DNA of 64,000 nt from assembly GCA_032654565.1 (NCBI GenBank), contig JAULAX010000015.1, positions 1,152,001 through 1,216,000 of the forward strand, in the 5' to 3' direction. Shown in pieces: positions 55,724 through 64,000 of the stretch. The position numbers and the translations under genes are program-made. Numbering within the stretch: the stretch's first letter is position 1; the number at the start of each line of letters is the position of its first letter. The stretch is from Anaeromyxobacteraceae bacterium (GTDB lineage: Bacteria > Myxococcota > Myxococcia > Myxococcales > Anaeromyxobacteraceae). The notes beneath the pieces are model-generated. The model worked only from the letters and a program-made list of their open reading frames with translations. It made no database searches and was not told the origin of the DNA.

Positions 55724-56301
55724 TCGTGGCGTTGCGCCTGGTCCTCGACTCGATGATCTGGGTGCAGGCCGCCTGCGCCCCCAGCCTGGGCCGGCGCGGC
55801 CCGTCGGCCGAGATCGTTCGCCTCGCCTGCGACCGCCAGTTCGAGGTGCTGGCCTCGCCCTTCATCCGCGCCGAGGTCCTGGGGGTCCTGCGGGAGGAGC
55901 CGTACTTCACGAGGAAGCTGGCGGTCGGCTTCGACCCCGAGGCCTGGTTCGACGCCACCCTGGCCGCCTGCGGCGAGCTCATCGAGGTGACCGGCCCGCC
56001 GGTGCTGCAGGCGCACGCCAAGGACGACCCCATCCTCTGGCTGGCGGCCGCCGGCGGCGCCTCGCACCTGGTCACCTGGGAGGAGCGGCTCCTCCACCTG
56101 GAGCGCTACCGGTTCGCGCACGTGGTGACCCCGCCGGCCTTCCTCGCCGCCTGGCGCGACCCGGCGGCGCACGAGCCGCTGCCCGAGTGGAAGGTGCTGC
56201 GGCGCGGGCCGACGCTCCGCCCCCGGCCGGCTCCACGTTCACGGCTGGTGAAGAGCTCGGCGTCGGGCGCGGTGACCGCCCCCGCCGGCGGGTCGACCTA
56301 G
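55720..56301 (+). CDS. PIN-domain toxin
   Basis: LVLDS.IWV.A, SPFI.AEV, KDDPIL..A..G.A..LVT; GTGA overlap with the antitoxin. Confidence 0.8.
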   Translation: MIVALRLVLDSMIWVQAACAPSLGRRGPSAEIVRLACDRQFEVLASPFIRAEVLGVLREEPYFTRKLAVGFDPEAWFDATLAACGELIEVTGPPVLQAHAKDDPILWLAAAGGASHLVTWEERLLHLERYRFAHVVTPPAFLAAWRDPAAHEPLPEWKVLRRGPTLRPRPAPRSRLVKSSASGAVTAPAGGST

Positions 56302-56495
56302 CCTTCCACCTCGTCGAGCCAGGCCATCTGGATGGCCTCCAGCACCTTCTCGTTCGACCGGGCCGGATCGTCGTCGAAGCCGGGCAGCTCGCAGACCCAG
56401 CGGTGCAGGTCGGTGAAGCGGACGGTGAGCGGGGCCACGCCGGCGTGCCGCTCGGCCAGCTCGATGGCGATCTCACGGATGTCGCGCCACTTCAT
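56298..56495 (-). CDS. iscX: Fe-S assembly protein IscX
   Basis: KW.D..EIA..L...VRFTDL..WV.ELPGFDDDP..SNEKVLEAIQMAW. Confidence 0.92.
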   Translation of the reverse strand: MKWRDIREIAIELAERHAGVAPLTVRFTDLHRWVCELPGFDDDPARSNEKVLEAIQMAWLDEVEG

Positions 56496-56572
56496 CGCCG
56501 CACCTCCTCGCCACGCGCCACCCGCCGCTCCGCACCCCGCCCGCTCGCCGCCCTTCCGACCGCCGCACCTCC

Positions 56573-56878
56573 TCAGCTTGCGATCCGGTTCCCCGGCACC
56601 CGCGCCACCACCGCCACCTCGCCCACCCGCGCCTGGCAGGCCAGCCGGCTGTGGGCGGTCAGCCCGACCGCCTCGTCGAGCTTGTCGTCCTCCCGCTCGG
56701 TGGGGGGCGAGAGCGACGCCAGCCCCTCCTCCACCCAGACGTGGCAGGTGACGCAGGCGCAGACCCCGCCGCAGTTGTGGGGCAGGGCCACGCCGGCCGC
56801 CTCGGCGGCGTCCTGCAGCGTGCTGCCCGCCGGCACCTCGGCCACCTCGCCGCCCGGCAGGAAGGTCACCCGCGGCAC
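56573..56878 (-). CDS. fdx: ISC 2Fe-2S ferredoxin
   Basis: HNCGGVCACVTCH, SRLACQ. Confidence 0.92.
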   Translation of the reverse strand: MPRVTFLPGGEVAEVPAGSTLQDAAEAAGVALPHNCGGVCACVTCHVWVEEGLASLSPPTEREDDKLDEAVGLTAHSRLACQARVGEVAVVARVPGNRIAS

Positions 56879-56891
56879 GTCGCGCCCCCCT

Positions 56892-58760
56892 TCATGCCTC
56901 CTCCTCCTCGCCGTCCTGCCGCGTGGTGCGCGGCTCGCCGGAGAACTCCTCGACCCGGTGGCCGGCCATGGCCGACCGCACGTGCTTGTCCATGCGCCGC
57001 TCGGCGAAGGGCCGGGTGGCGACGTCCACCGACTCGATCCAGGCCTTGATGGCCAGGTAGTCGTCGCCGGCCATGGCGCCCCGCAGCCCGGTGAGCCGCT
57101 CCTCGACGGCGCCGCGCTCCGCCGCCGAGAGCAGCTCGCCGTCCAGCTCCAGGGCCGACGCCAGCGACGCCAGCAGCCGCTCCCCCTCCACCCGCCACTC
57201 CCGCACGAACCGCTCGGTGACGTCGGCCTCGGCGTGCTCGATCGACTCGATGAGCATGGCCTCGACCTCCTGCTCGCCGAGCCCGTAGGTGGGCTTCACC
57301 TGGATGGCCTGGGCCAGGCCGGTGGCCAGCTCGTGGGCCGCCACCTGGAGGATGCCGTCGGCGTCGACGGCGTAGCTGATCTCCACCCGGGCCAGGCCGG
57401 CCGGCATGGGCGGGATCCCCTTCAGCGTGAAGCGGGCCAGCGAGCGGCAGTCGTGGGCCAGCTCGCGCTCCCCCTGCACCACGTGGATCACCATGCCGGT
57501 CTGGCCGTCGGCGTAGGTGGTGAACTGCTGGGTGGCCGAGGCCGGGATGGTGGAGTTGCGCAGGATGAGCTTCTCCACCACGCCGCCCATCATCTCCACC
57601 CCCAGCGAGAGCGGGATGACGTCGAGCAGCAGCACGTCCTCGCGCCCGCCGCGATCGAGGGCGTCGGCCTGAACCGCCGCCCCCAGCGCCACCACGGTGT
57701 CGGGGTCCAGGTCGGTGAGCGGCGGCCGCCCGAAGAGCGCCTCGACGTGGCGGCGCACCGCCGGAGTCCGGGTGGTGCCGCCCACCAGCACCACGCCGTC
57801 CACCGCGGTGAGGCCGGCGTCGCGCAGGGCGCCGCGGCAGGGGGCGGTGGTCCGCTCGATGACCGGGGCGATCAGCGCCTCCAGCTCGGCGCGGGTGAGC
57901 CGGGCCAGGAGCCGGTGCCCCTCGGGCAGCTCCACCTCGGCGTCCACCGCCAGCTCCGTGGTGAGGGCCTCGCGGAGCCGCTGGGCCGCGGCCAGGGCGC
58001 CGCGCAGCACCGCCGGCGAGGGGGAGGGCGCCGGGGGGGTGAGGCCGGTCTCCAGCAGCCGCCGCGCCACCACCCGGTCGAGGTCGTCGCCGCCCAGGTG
58101 GGTGTCGCCGCCGGTGGCCAGCACCTCGAAGACCCCGCGGTCGAGCCGCAGGATGGAGATGTCGAAGGTGCCGCCGCCCAGGTCGTAGACCGCGAAGGTC
58201 CCCTGGGCCCGCTGGTCGAGGCCGTAGGCCAGCGCCGCCGCGGTCGGCTCGTTGAGCAGCCGCAGCACGTCGAGGCCGGCCAGCCGCCCGGCGTCGCGGG
58301 TGGCCTGCCGCTGGGCGTCGTCGAAGTAGGCCGGCACGGTGATGACGCAGCCGGCGGGCGGGCCCCCCAGCGCCTCGGCGGCGCGCCGCTTCAGCACCCG
58401 CAGCACCTCGGCCGAGACCTCGGTGGGGGTGACGGCCCGGACGCCGCCGGCCACCAGCAGCCGCACCACCGCCCCCGACTCGTCGAAGCAGGAGATGCCG
58501 CGGTCCTCGGCGCGGATGTCGCCGGGCCCGCGCCCCATGAACCGCTTCACCGAGAGGACGGTGTCGACCGGCCGCTCCGGGGCGCGGCGGCGGGCGGCCG
58601 ACCCCACCTCGATGCTGCCGTCGGCGCCGTAGTGGACCGCCGAGGGGAGCAGCGGTCGCCCCTCGTCGGCGGCGATGACCTGCGGACGGTTGCGGGCGTC
58701 GACGTGCGCCACCAGCGAGTTGGTGGTTCCGAGGTCGATGCCGATGGCGCGGCCCATCAC
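56892..58760 (-). CDS. hscA: Fe-S chaperone HscA
   Basis: [49 protein letters not shown]; isc context. Confidence 0.92.
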   Translation of the reverse strand: MMGRAIGIDLGTTNSLVAHVDARNRPQVIAADEGRPLLPSAVHYGADGSIEVGSAARRRAPERPVDTVLSVKRFMGRGPGDIRAEDRGISCFDESGAVVRLLVAGGVRAVTPTEVSAEVLRVLKRRAAEALGGPPAGCVITVPAYFDDAQRQATRDAGRLAGLDVLRLLNEPTAAALAYGLDQRAQGTFAVYDLGGGTFDISILRLDRGVFEVLATGGDTHLGGDDLDRVVARRLLETGLTPPAPSPSPAVLRGALAAAQRLREALTTELAVDAEVELPEGHRLLARLTRAELEALIAPVIERTTAPCRGALRDAGLTAVDGVVLVGGTTRTPAVRRHVEALFGRPPLTDLDPDTVVALGAAVQADALDRGGREDVLLLDVIPLSLGVEMMGGVVEKLILRNSTIPASATQQFTTYADGQTGMVIHVVQGERELAHDCRSLARFTLKGIPPMPAGLARVEISYAVDADGILQVAAHELATGLAQAIQVKPTYGLGEQEVEAMLIESIEHAEADVTERFVREWRVEGERLLASLASALELDGELLSAAERGAVEERLTGLRGAMAGDDYLAIKAWIESVDVATRPFAERRMDKHVRSAMAGHRVEEFSGEPRTTRQDGEEEEA

Positions 58761-59380
58761 GTCTCCACGAGGCCAGGGGGTCCGGCGCCGCGCTCGGCGT
58801 CGGCGATGATGTTGTCATAGTAGCGCGCCCGGGCCAGGCGGCGGGCGATCTCCCAGACCGACTCGCTGAACCAGTCCTGGGCCTCGAAGAGGTGGTCGCA
58901 CTCCGCCTCCAGCGCCGCCAGCCGGGCCCGGCCCCGGGCGGCCAGCGCCACCAGGGCGGCGGCGTCGCCGTCGGCGCGGGCCAGGGCCAGCCCTTCCCGC
59001 CAGGCCAGCTGCTCCTCGAGGAACTCAGGGTCGTGGAAGGTGCGCCCGTCGCCGAAGACGTCGTGCCCGGCCAGCTTGAGCAGGTCGGCGGCCCGGCGGC
59101 GCCAGTCCTTCAAGGCCCGGTAGGCGTCGTTGAGCCGGGTGGCCCGCTCCAGGGCGATGCGCCGCTCGCGCGGCTCGGCGCGGGCGAAGCGGTCGGGGTG
59201 GAGCAGGCGGGAGAGGTCGCGGAAGCGCTGCTCCAGCTGGCCCGGCTCCAGGGCGAACTGGCGGGGCAGGTCGAAGAGCGCGTAGGCGTCCTCGCTGCGG
59301 CCCACCGGCTGGAGCTTGCGGCAGGCGCCGCAGAAGGGCGTGCCCTGCGCGGTGGCCCCGTGGCAGCTCCAGCAGGTCAC
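58757..59380 (-). CDS. hscB: Fe-S co-chaperone HscB
   Basis: N-term CWSC/CGAC, LHPDRF J-domain, LNDAY..L. Confidence 0.9.
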   Translation of the reverse strand: MTCWSCHGATAQGTPFCGACRKLQPVGRSEDAYALFDLPRQFALEPGQLEQRFRDLSRLLHPDRFARAEPRERRIALERATRLNDAYRALKDWRRRAADLLKLAGHDVFGDGRTFHDPEFLEEQLAWREGLALARADGDAAALVALAARGRARLAALEAECDHLFEAQDWFSESVWEIARRLARARYYDNIIADAERGAGPPGLVET

Positions 59381-59430
59381 GAACCTCCCGTGAGCGCCGG
59401 GCGCCGCCGCGGCGGCCACCGGGAGCTCGG

Positions 59431-59760
59431 TCAGACGGTGAAGGAGTCCCCGCAGCTGCAGGCGGTCTTGACGTTGGGGTTGCGGAAGACGAACCCGGAC
59501 TGCATCAGCGTCTGCTGCCAGTCGACCAGGGTGCCGCCGAGGAACTTGGCGCTCTTGGGGTCGACGAAGACCCGGGCCCCGTCCCGCTCGATCACCTGGT
59601 CCAGCGTGGACGGCCCGGCCGCCCAGTCGACGTGGTAGTTGAGCCCGGAGCAGCCGCCGCCCTTGACCCCCAGCCGCAGCCCGCCGGCCGGCGTGCCCTT
59701 CTCTCCGATGAGGGTCCGGATCCGGACCGCCGCCTTCTCGCTGATCTCGATCGCCGACAT
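59431..59760 (-). CDS. iscA: IscA/HesB Fe-S carrier
   Basis: LRLGVKGGGCSG, F.NPN..CSCGDSF. Confidence 0.92.
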   Translation of the reverse strand: MSAIEISEKAAVRIRTLIGEKGTPAGGLRLGVKGGGCSGLNYHVDWAAGPSTLDQVIERDGARVFVDPKSAKFLGGTLVDWQQTLMQSGFVFRNPNVKTACSCGDSFTV

Positions 59761-59773
59761 CTTCTTCCTCCTG

Positions 59774-60247
59774 CTACCGCACCGGCTCGACCACGCCCTG
59801 GGGGCGGGGCGCCGCCGGGGCCTGCTGCTGGGACTGCTGCGACGGCTGTGACTGGCGTGCCTGCTGGGCCCGCTGCTTGCGCTGCCAGTCGCCGACCGCC
59901 GCCTTGATGGCGTCCTCGGCCAGCACCGAGCAGTGCACCTTCACCGGCGGCAGGTCCAGCTCCCGGGCCACCTCGGTGTTCTTGATGGTCATGGCCTCGT
60001 CGACGCTCTTGCCCTTGACCCACTCGGTCACCAGCGAGGAGGAGGCGATGGCCGAGCCGCAGCCGAAGGTCTTGAAGCGGGCGTCCTCGATGATCCCGGC
60101 CTCGTTGACCCGGATCTGCAGCTTCATGACGTCGCCGCAGGCCGGGGCGCCGACCAGGCCGGTGCCGACGTCGTCGGCCTCCTTGTCGAGCGAGCCGACG
60201 TTGCGCGGGTTCTCGTAGTGGTCGATGACCTTGTCCGAATACGCCAT
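59774..60247 (-). CDS. iscU: Fe-S scaffold IscU
   Basis: YSDKVIDHYENPRNVG, GAPACGDVM, FKTFGCGSAIASSS, LPPVKVHCS. Confidence 0.97.
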   Translation of the reverse strand: MAYSDKVIDHYENPRNVGSLDKEADDVGTGLVGAPACGDVMKLQIRVNEAGIIEDARFKTFGCGSAIASSSLVTEWVKGKSVDEAMTIKNTEVARELDLPPVKVHCSVLAEDAIKAAVGDWQRKQRAQQARQSQPSQQSQQQAPAAPRPQGVVEPVR

Positions 60248-60257
60248 GATCGCTCCT

Positions 60258-61478
60258 TCACCCGTGATGCGGGTTGGCCCACTCGATGCGCGAGAGGTCG
60301 ACCCCGTCCTTGACCATCTCGTAGAGGGGGCTCATCTCGCGCAGCTTCTTCACCTTGGCGATCACCAAACCTATGACGAAGTCGACCTCCTCCGCCGTGG
60401 TGAATCGTCCCAGGCCGAAGCGGATGGAGCTGTGGGCCAGGTCGTCGCCGATCCCCATGGCCCGCAGCACGTAGGACGGCTCCAGCGAGGCCGAGGTGCA
60501 GGCCGATCCGGACGAGACCGCCACGTCCTTGATGGCCATCATCATGGCCTCCCCCTCCACGTAGGCGAAGCTGACGTTGAGGTTGCCGGCCAGGCGGTGC
60601 TCGGGCGAGCCGTTCAGGGTGAGCAGGTCGAGGCCCTCCTGCAGGCCGCGCCAGAGCCGCTCCCGCAGCGCCAGCACCCGCGCCGCCTCGGCCTCCCGCT
60701 CCCGGCCGGCCAGCGCGCAGGCCGCGCCGAAGCCGACGATGCCGGGGACGTTGAGGGTGCCGGAGCGGAAGCCGCGCTCGTGGCCGCCGCCGTCCATCTG
60801 GGCCACCAGCCGGACCCGCGGCTTGCGCCGGATGTAGAGGGCCCCCACGCCCTTGGGGCCGTAGAGCTTGTGGGCCGAGAGCGAGGCCAGGTCGACCCTG
60901 GCCGCCTCGACGTCGAAGGGGAGCTTGCCGACGCTCTGCACGGCGTCGCAGTGGAAGAGCACGCCGGCGGCCCGGGTGATGGCGCCGATGGCCTCGATGG
61001 GCTGGATCACGCCGGTCTCGTTGTTGGCGTGCATCACCGAGACCAGCACGGTGTCGGGGCGCAGCGCCGCCTGCACCGCGGCCGGGTCGACGCGGCCGTC
61101 GCCGGCCACCGGCAGGATGGTCACCGTCCAGCCGTCGCGCTCCAGGGCGTGCATGGAGTCGAGCACCGCCTTGTGCTCGGTGGCCACGGTGATGAGGTGG
61201 CGCCCCTTCTCCTGGTAGAAGCGGGCCGCCCCCTTGATGGCCAGGTTGTTCGACTCGGTGGCGCCGGAGGTCCAGACCAGCTCCTTCGGCGACGCCCCGA
61301 TCAGGGCGGCCACCTGGGCCCGGGCCTCCTCCACCGCCTCCTCGGCCCGCCACCCGAAGGCGTGGCTCTTGGACGAGGCGTTGCCGAACTCACCCTTGAA
61401 GTAGGGGAGCATGGCGTCCAGCACCCGGGGATCGACCGGGGTGGTCGCGTGGCAATCCATGTAGATGGGCAGCTTCAT
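60258..61478 (-). CDS. iscS: Cysteine desulfurase IscS
   Basis: [37 protein letters not shown]. Confidence 0.97.
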   Translation of the reverse strand: MKLPIYMDCHATTPVDPRVLDAMLPYFKGEFGNASSKSHAFGWRAEEAVEEARAQVAALIGASPKELVWTSGATESNNLAIKGAARFYQEKGRHLITVATEHKAVLDSMHALERDGWTVTILPVAGDGRVDPAAVQAALRPDTVLVSVMHANNETGVIQPIEAIGAITRAAGVLFHCDAVQSVGKLPFDVEAARVDLASLSAHKLYGPKGVGALYIRRKPRVRLVAQMDGGGHERGFRSGTLNVPGIVGFGAACALAGREREAEAARVLALRERLWRGLQEGLDLLTLNGSPEHRLAGNLNVSFAYVEGEAMMMAIKDVAVSSGSACTSASLEPSYVLRAMGIGDDLAHSSIRFGLGRFTTAEEVDFVIGLVIAKVKKLREMSPLYEMVKDGVDLSRIEWANPHHG

Positions 61479-61521
61479 CGGGCTCGCTGACCGCTCGAGG
61501 TTGGGTCGCCCCGAGGGGGGA

Positions 61522-61546
61522 ATACTGGACGGTCTTGGTCGTTTAT
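61522..61546. promoter_or_regulatory. IscR/Rrf2 type-1-like binding site
   Basis: ATACTGGACGGTCTTGGTCGTTTAT: 25 bp with ATA..GAC-N7-GTC..TAT symmetry upstream of iscS. Confidence 0.55.
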
Positions 61547-61636
61547 CTTGAAGGGTCCCACCCGGTCAAGGGGCAGGCACCTCACAAATCCCGGGCGGAA
61601 CAGACGATTTTGGAATAGAAGCGGGCCAGAGACGCC

Positions 61637-62968
61637 ATGAAGAAGCGCATCCGACTCGCCCTCGCCCTGGCCACCGTGGCGGCCGTCTTCTGGCTGCCCG
61701 ACCTGATGGGCGCCGGCCCCACCGGACCCACCGGCGACCTGGCCCTGGGGGCCCTGCTGGGAAGCGGCTCCTGGCTGGCCTTCGTGGTCGCCTTCGCCGG
61801 GGGGGTCCTGACCAGCCTGACCCCGTGCGTCTACCCGCTCATCCCCATCACCGTCTCGGTCTTCGGGGCCCGCAAGGCCGGCTCGCGCGGCGAGGCGGCC
61901 TTCCTCTCCGGGCTCTACGTCTTCGGCATCGCCGTCACCTACTCGGCGCTCGGCGTCGGGGCGGCGCTCACCGGCAAGGCCTTCGGCGGGGTGATGCAGA
62001 ACGGCTGGGTCATGGGGGGCGTGATCCTGCTGCTGACGCTGATGGCCGCCTCGATGTTCGGCGCCTTCGAGCTGGCGCTCCCCTCCTTCGTCCACGAGCG
62101 GCTCAACCGGGTGGGCGGCACCGGGCGGGTCGGCGCCTTCGGCATGGGGCTGGTGGCCGGGGTCATCGCCGCCCCCTGCACCGGGCCGGTGCTGGCCGCG
62201 GCGCTCACCTTCATCGCCGCCCAGGGGTCGGTGGGGCTCGGCCTCGCCATCATGTTCCCCTACGCGCTGGGGATGGGGCTGCTCTTCTTCCTCATCGGCG
62301 CCTTCTCGGTGTCGCTGCCCAAGAGCGGCGCCTGGATGGAGACGGTCAAGTCGATCTTCGGCGCGGCGCTGCTGGCCATGGCCGGCCTCTACCTGAAGGA
62401 CCTGGTGCCGGCCCTGCGGCCGCTCTTCTCGGCGGCGCCCACCGCGGCGCTGCTGGCGGCGGTGGCGGCCGGGCTGGGGGTGCTGGTCGGCGCCCTCCAC
62501 CTGAGCTTCCACGCCACGGCCGGCGAGCGGGCCTTGAAGGCGCTGGGGGTGGCGCTGCTGGTGGGCGGGGTGGTCTACGGCGCCGGCGCCGCCGGGGCCC
62601 GCGAGCGGGTCCGGGCCGGGGCCGGCTTCACCTGGCTCCACTCCGAGCCGGAGGCGGTGGCGCTGGCCCGCGCCCAGGGGCGGCCGGTGATCATCGACTT
62701 CTGGGCCGAGTGGTGCACCGCCTGCAAGGAGCTGGACCGGGTGGCCTGGGCCGACCCGCGGGTGCGCGAGGAGGCGGCCCGCTTCGTCAGCGTCAAGGTG
62801 GACGGCACCGAGGCCACCGACGAGGTGCTGGCCATCCACGAGCGGTACCGGGTGCCGGGGATGCCCACCGTGGTCTTCATCGACTCGCAGGGGCGCGAGG
62901 TGGCCGACCGGGTCATCGGCGCCGTCGAGGCCGAAGAGATGCTGCAGCGGCTCCGCGCCGTGCGCTAG
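61637..62968 (+). CDS. dsbD: DsbD/CcdA-type thiol:disulfide interchange protein with thioredoxin domain
   Basis: SLTPCVYPLIPIT, AAPCTGP, LPKSGAWM, DFWAEWCTACK. Confidence 0.88.
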   Translation: MKKRIRLALALATVAAVFWLPDLMGAGPTGPTGDLALGALLGSGSWLAFVVAFAGGVLTSLTPCVYPLIPITVSVFGARKAGSRGEAAFLSGLYVFGIAVTYSALGVGAALTGKAFGGVMQNGWVMGGVILLLTLMAASMFGAFELALPSFVHERLNRVGGTGRVGAFGMGLVAGVIAAPCTGPVLAAALTFIAAQGSVGLGLAIMFPYALGMGLLFFLIGAFSVSLPKSGAWMETVKSIFGAALLAMAGLYLKDLVPALRPLFSAAPTAALLAAVAAGLGVLVGALHLSFHATAGERALKALGVALLVGGVVYGAGAAGARERVRAGAGFTWLHSEPEAVALARAQGRPVIIDFWAEWCTACKELDRVAWADPRVREEAARFVSVKVDGTEATDEVLAIHERYRVPGMPTVVFIDSQGREVADRVIGAVEAEEMLQRLRAVR

Positions 62969-63004
62969 CCGGGCTCGTCGACGGTGCCCGGGCGGCGGCC
63001 GCGC

Positions 63005-63664
63005 CTAGTACAGCCGCCAGGTGGCGGTGACCACCAGCTCCGGCAGCACCTGCCCGGCGCGCATGGGGGCCCCGCCGGTCCCGCCCCGCCAGGCCAGCGA
63101 GCCGCGCACGCCCAGCGCCACCCGGTCGTAGAGCGGCGCCTCGTAGCTCACCGTCACCCGCGGCGAGACCCAGGTGCCGCCGCCGCGCCAGGTGGTGAGG
63201 GTGAGCGGCAGGTCGAGGGCCACCGCCAGCAGCCCCACCCCGCGCGACGAGAAGGCCAGGCCGGGGACCACCTGCAGCCCGCGGTCGGAGCGGTTGTCGT
63301 CGTAGATGAGCGTGGCTCCGCCGTCCAGGTACCAGCCGAGCGAGAGCCGGCTGGCCACGTCCCAGCCCCCGACCCGGCCCAGCTGGTGGTGCCAGAAGGC
63401 CCCCAGCACCAGCTCGCTGGTGGTCCAGTTGACCTGGCCGAAGCCGCCCAGGTCGTCGGCGCTGGTCAGCCCCTGGGCGTAGGCCCCCCCCAGGCTGGCG
63501 AAGCCGCCGGTGGCGAGCGCCACCGAGCTGCCGCGCAGCGTCTCGCCGCCCAGCAGGGAGGGGAAGGGCTCGCCGGCGTCGGCCGGCGCGGCCGGGGTGC
63601 CGGCCCGGGCCAGGCTGGGGGCGGCGAGGAGGAGCAGCGTCACGGTGGCGGCGGTGCGGAGCAT
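63005..63664 (-). CDS. Secreted hypothetical protein, possible outer-membrane beta-barrel
   Basis: Signal peptide; alternating beta-strand pattern; aromatic C-terminus 'TWRLY'. Confidence 0.6.
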   Translation of the reverse strand: MLRTAATVTLLLLAAPSLARAGTPAAPADAGEPFPSLLGGETLRGSSVALATGGFASLGGAYAQGLTSADDLGGFGQVNWTTSELVLGAFWHHQLGRVGGWDVASRLSLGWYLDGGATLIYDDNRSDRGLQVVPGLAFSSRGVGLLAVALDLPLTLTTWRGGGTWVSPRVTVSYEAPLYDRVALGVRGSLAWRGGTGGAPMRAGQVLPELVVTATWRLY

Positions 63665-63787
63665 TCGGTTCCCTTCCGGTCTGGTTGGGGATTCTACTCG
63701 CGACCGGGGGGATTCCTGCCGGGCATGGCGGGGTGCGTGATCGGGTTGACAGGGCGGGCGCCCCCCTGCTACTTCGTGGCCCCCATC

Positions 63788-63871
63788 GCCCAGGTGGCGA
63801 AACTGGTAGACGCACCAGATTCAGGGTCTGGCGGCTTCAAAACCGTGGAGGTTCGAATCCTCTCCTGGGCA
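63788..63871 (+). tRNA. tRNA-Leu(CAG)
   Basis: GCCCAGGTGGCGAAACTGGTAGACGCACCAGATTCAGGGTCTGG...GGTTCGAATCCTCTCCTGGGCA; long variable arm; TTGACA upstream at 63746. Confidence 0.95.
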
Positions 63872-64000
63872 CTCGAGGCCGGCGTGGCGCAGATCGCCCC
63901 GCCGGCCTCGTCCTTTCCGGGCCCCGCCCGCCGCCGCCGCCCCCCGGGGCCGGGCCCGCCGCCCGCTTGATCTCCGCGCCCGTTTGCATGATTATGCAGC

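Overview
High-GC window from a Myxococcota genome, probably Anaeromyxobacter-like (inferred from the frz-type chemosensory operon, hemerythrins and codon usage). It has two parts. Bases 1 to ~27,300 form an accessory, defence-rich region abutting the 3' end of a minus-strand tRNA-Val/tRNA-Asp pair; no integrase is visible and the left border lies outside the window. This region encodes GIY-YIG, Cas4-like/DUF2779, HNH, PLD and SauUSI-like nucleases, an ArdC-like protein, a WYL regulator divergent from a tandem-AAA ATPase plus DnaB-like gene, a VIT-vWA/ECF-sigma operon and a secreted DUF6345-like lipoprotein pair. Bases ~27,600-64,000 look like core chromosome: RapA-like helicase, hicAB, argE, dapF, signalling genes, nucleoside salvage genes, frz chemosensory cluster, a Phd-PIN toxin-antitoxin pair, the isc operon, dsbD and tRNA-Leu. 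The most striking unexplained structure is a promoter-like motif, TGTCCGT-N8/9-TAnnnT, upstream of about 11 unrelated transcription units in the accessory region, including the WYL gene itself. Its geometry matches the actinobacterial PafBC-activated (-26/-10) DNA-damage promoter, suggesting an undescribed WYL-activated defence/DNA-damage regulon in a myxobacterium. All family assignments come from motif recognition by eye, not from database searches.
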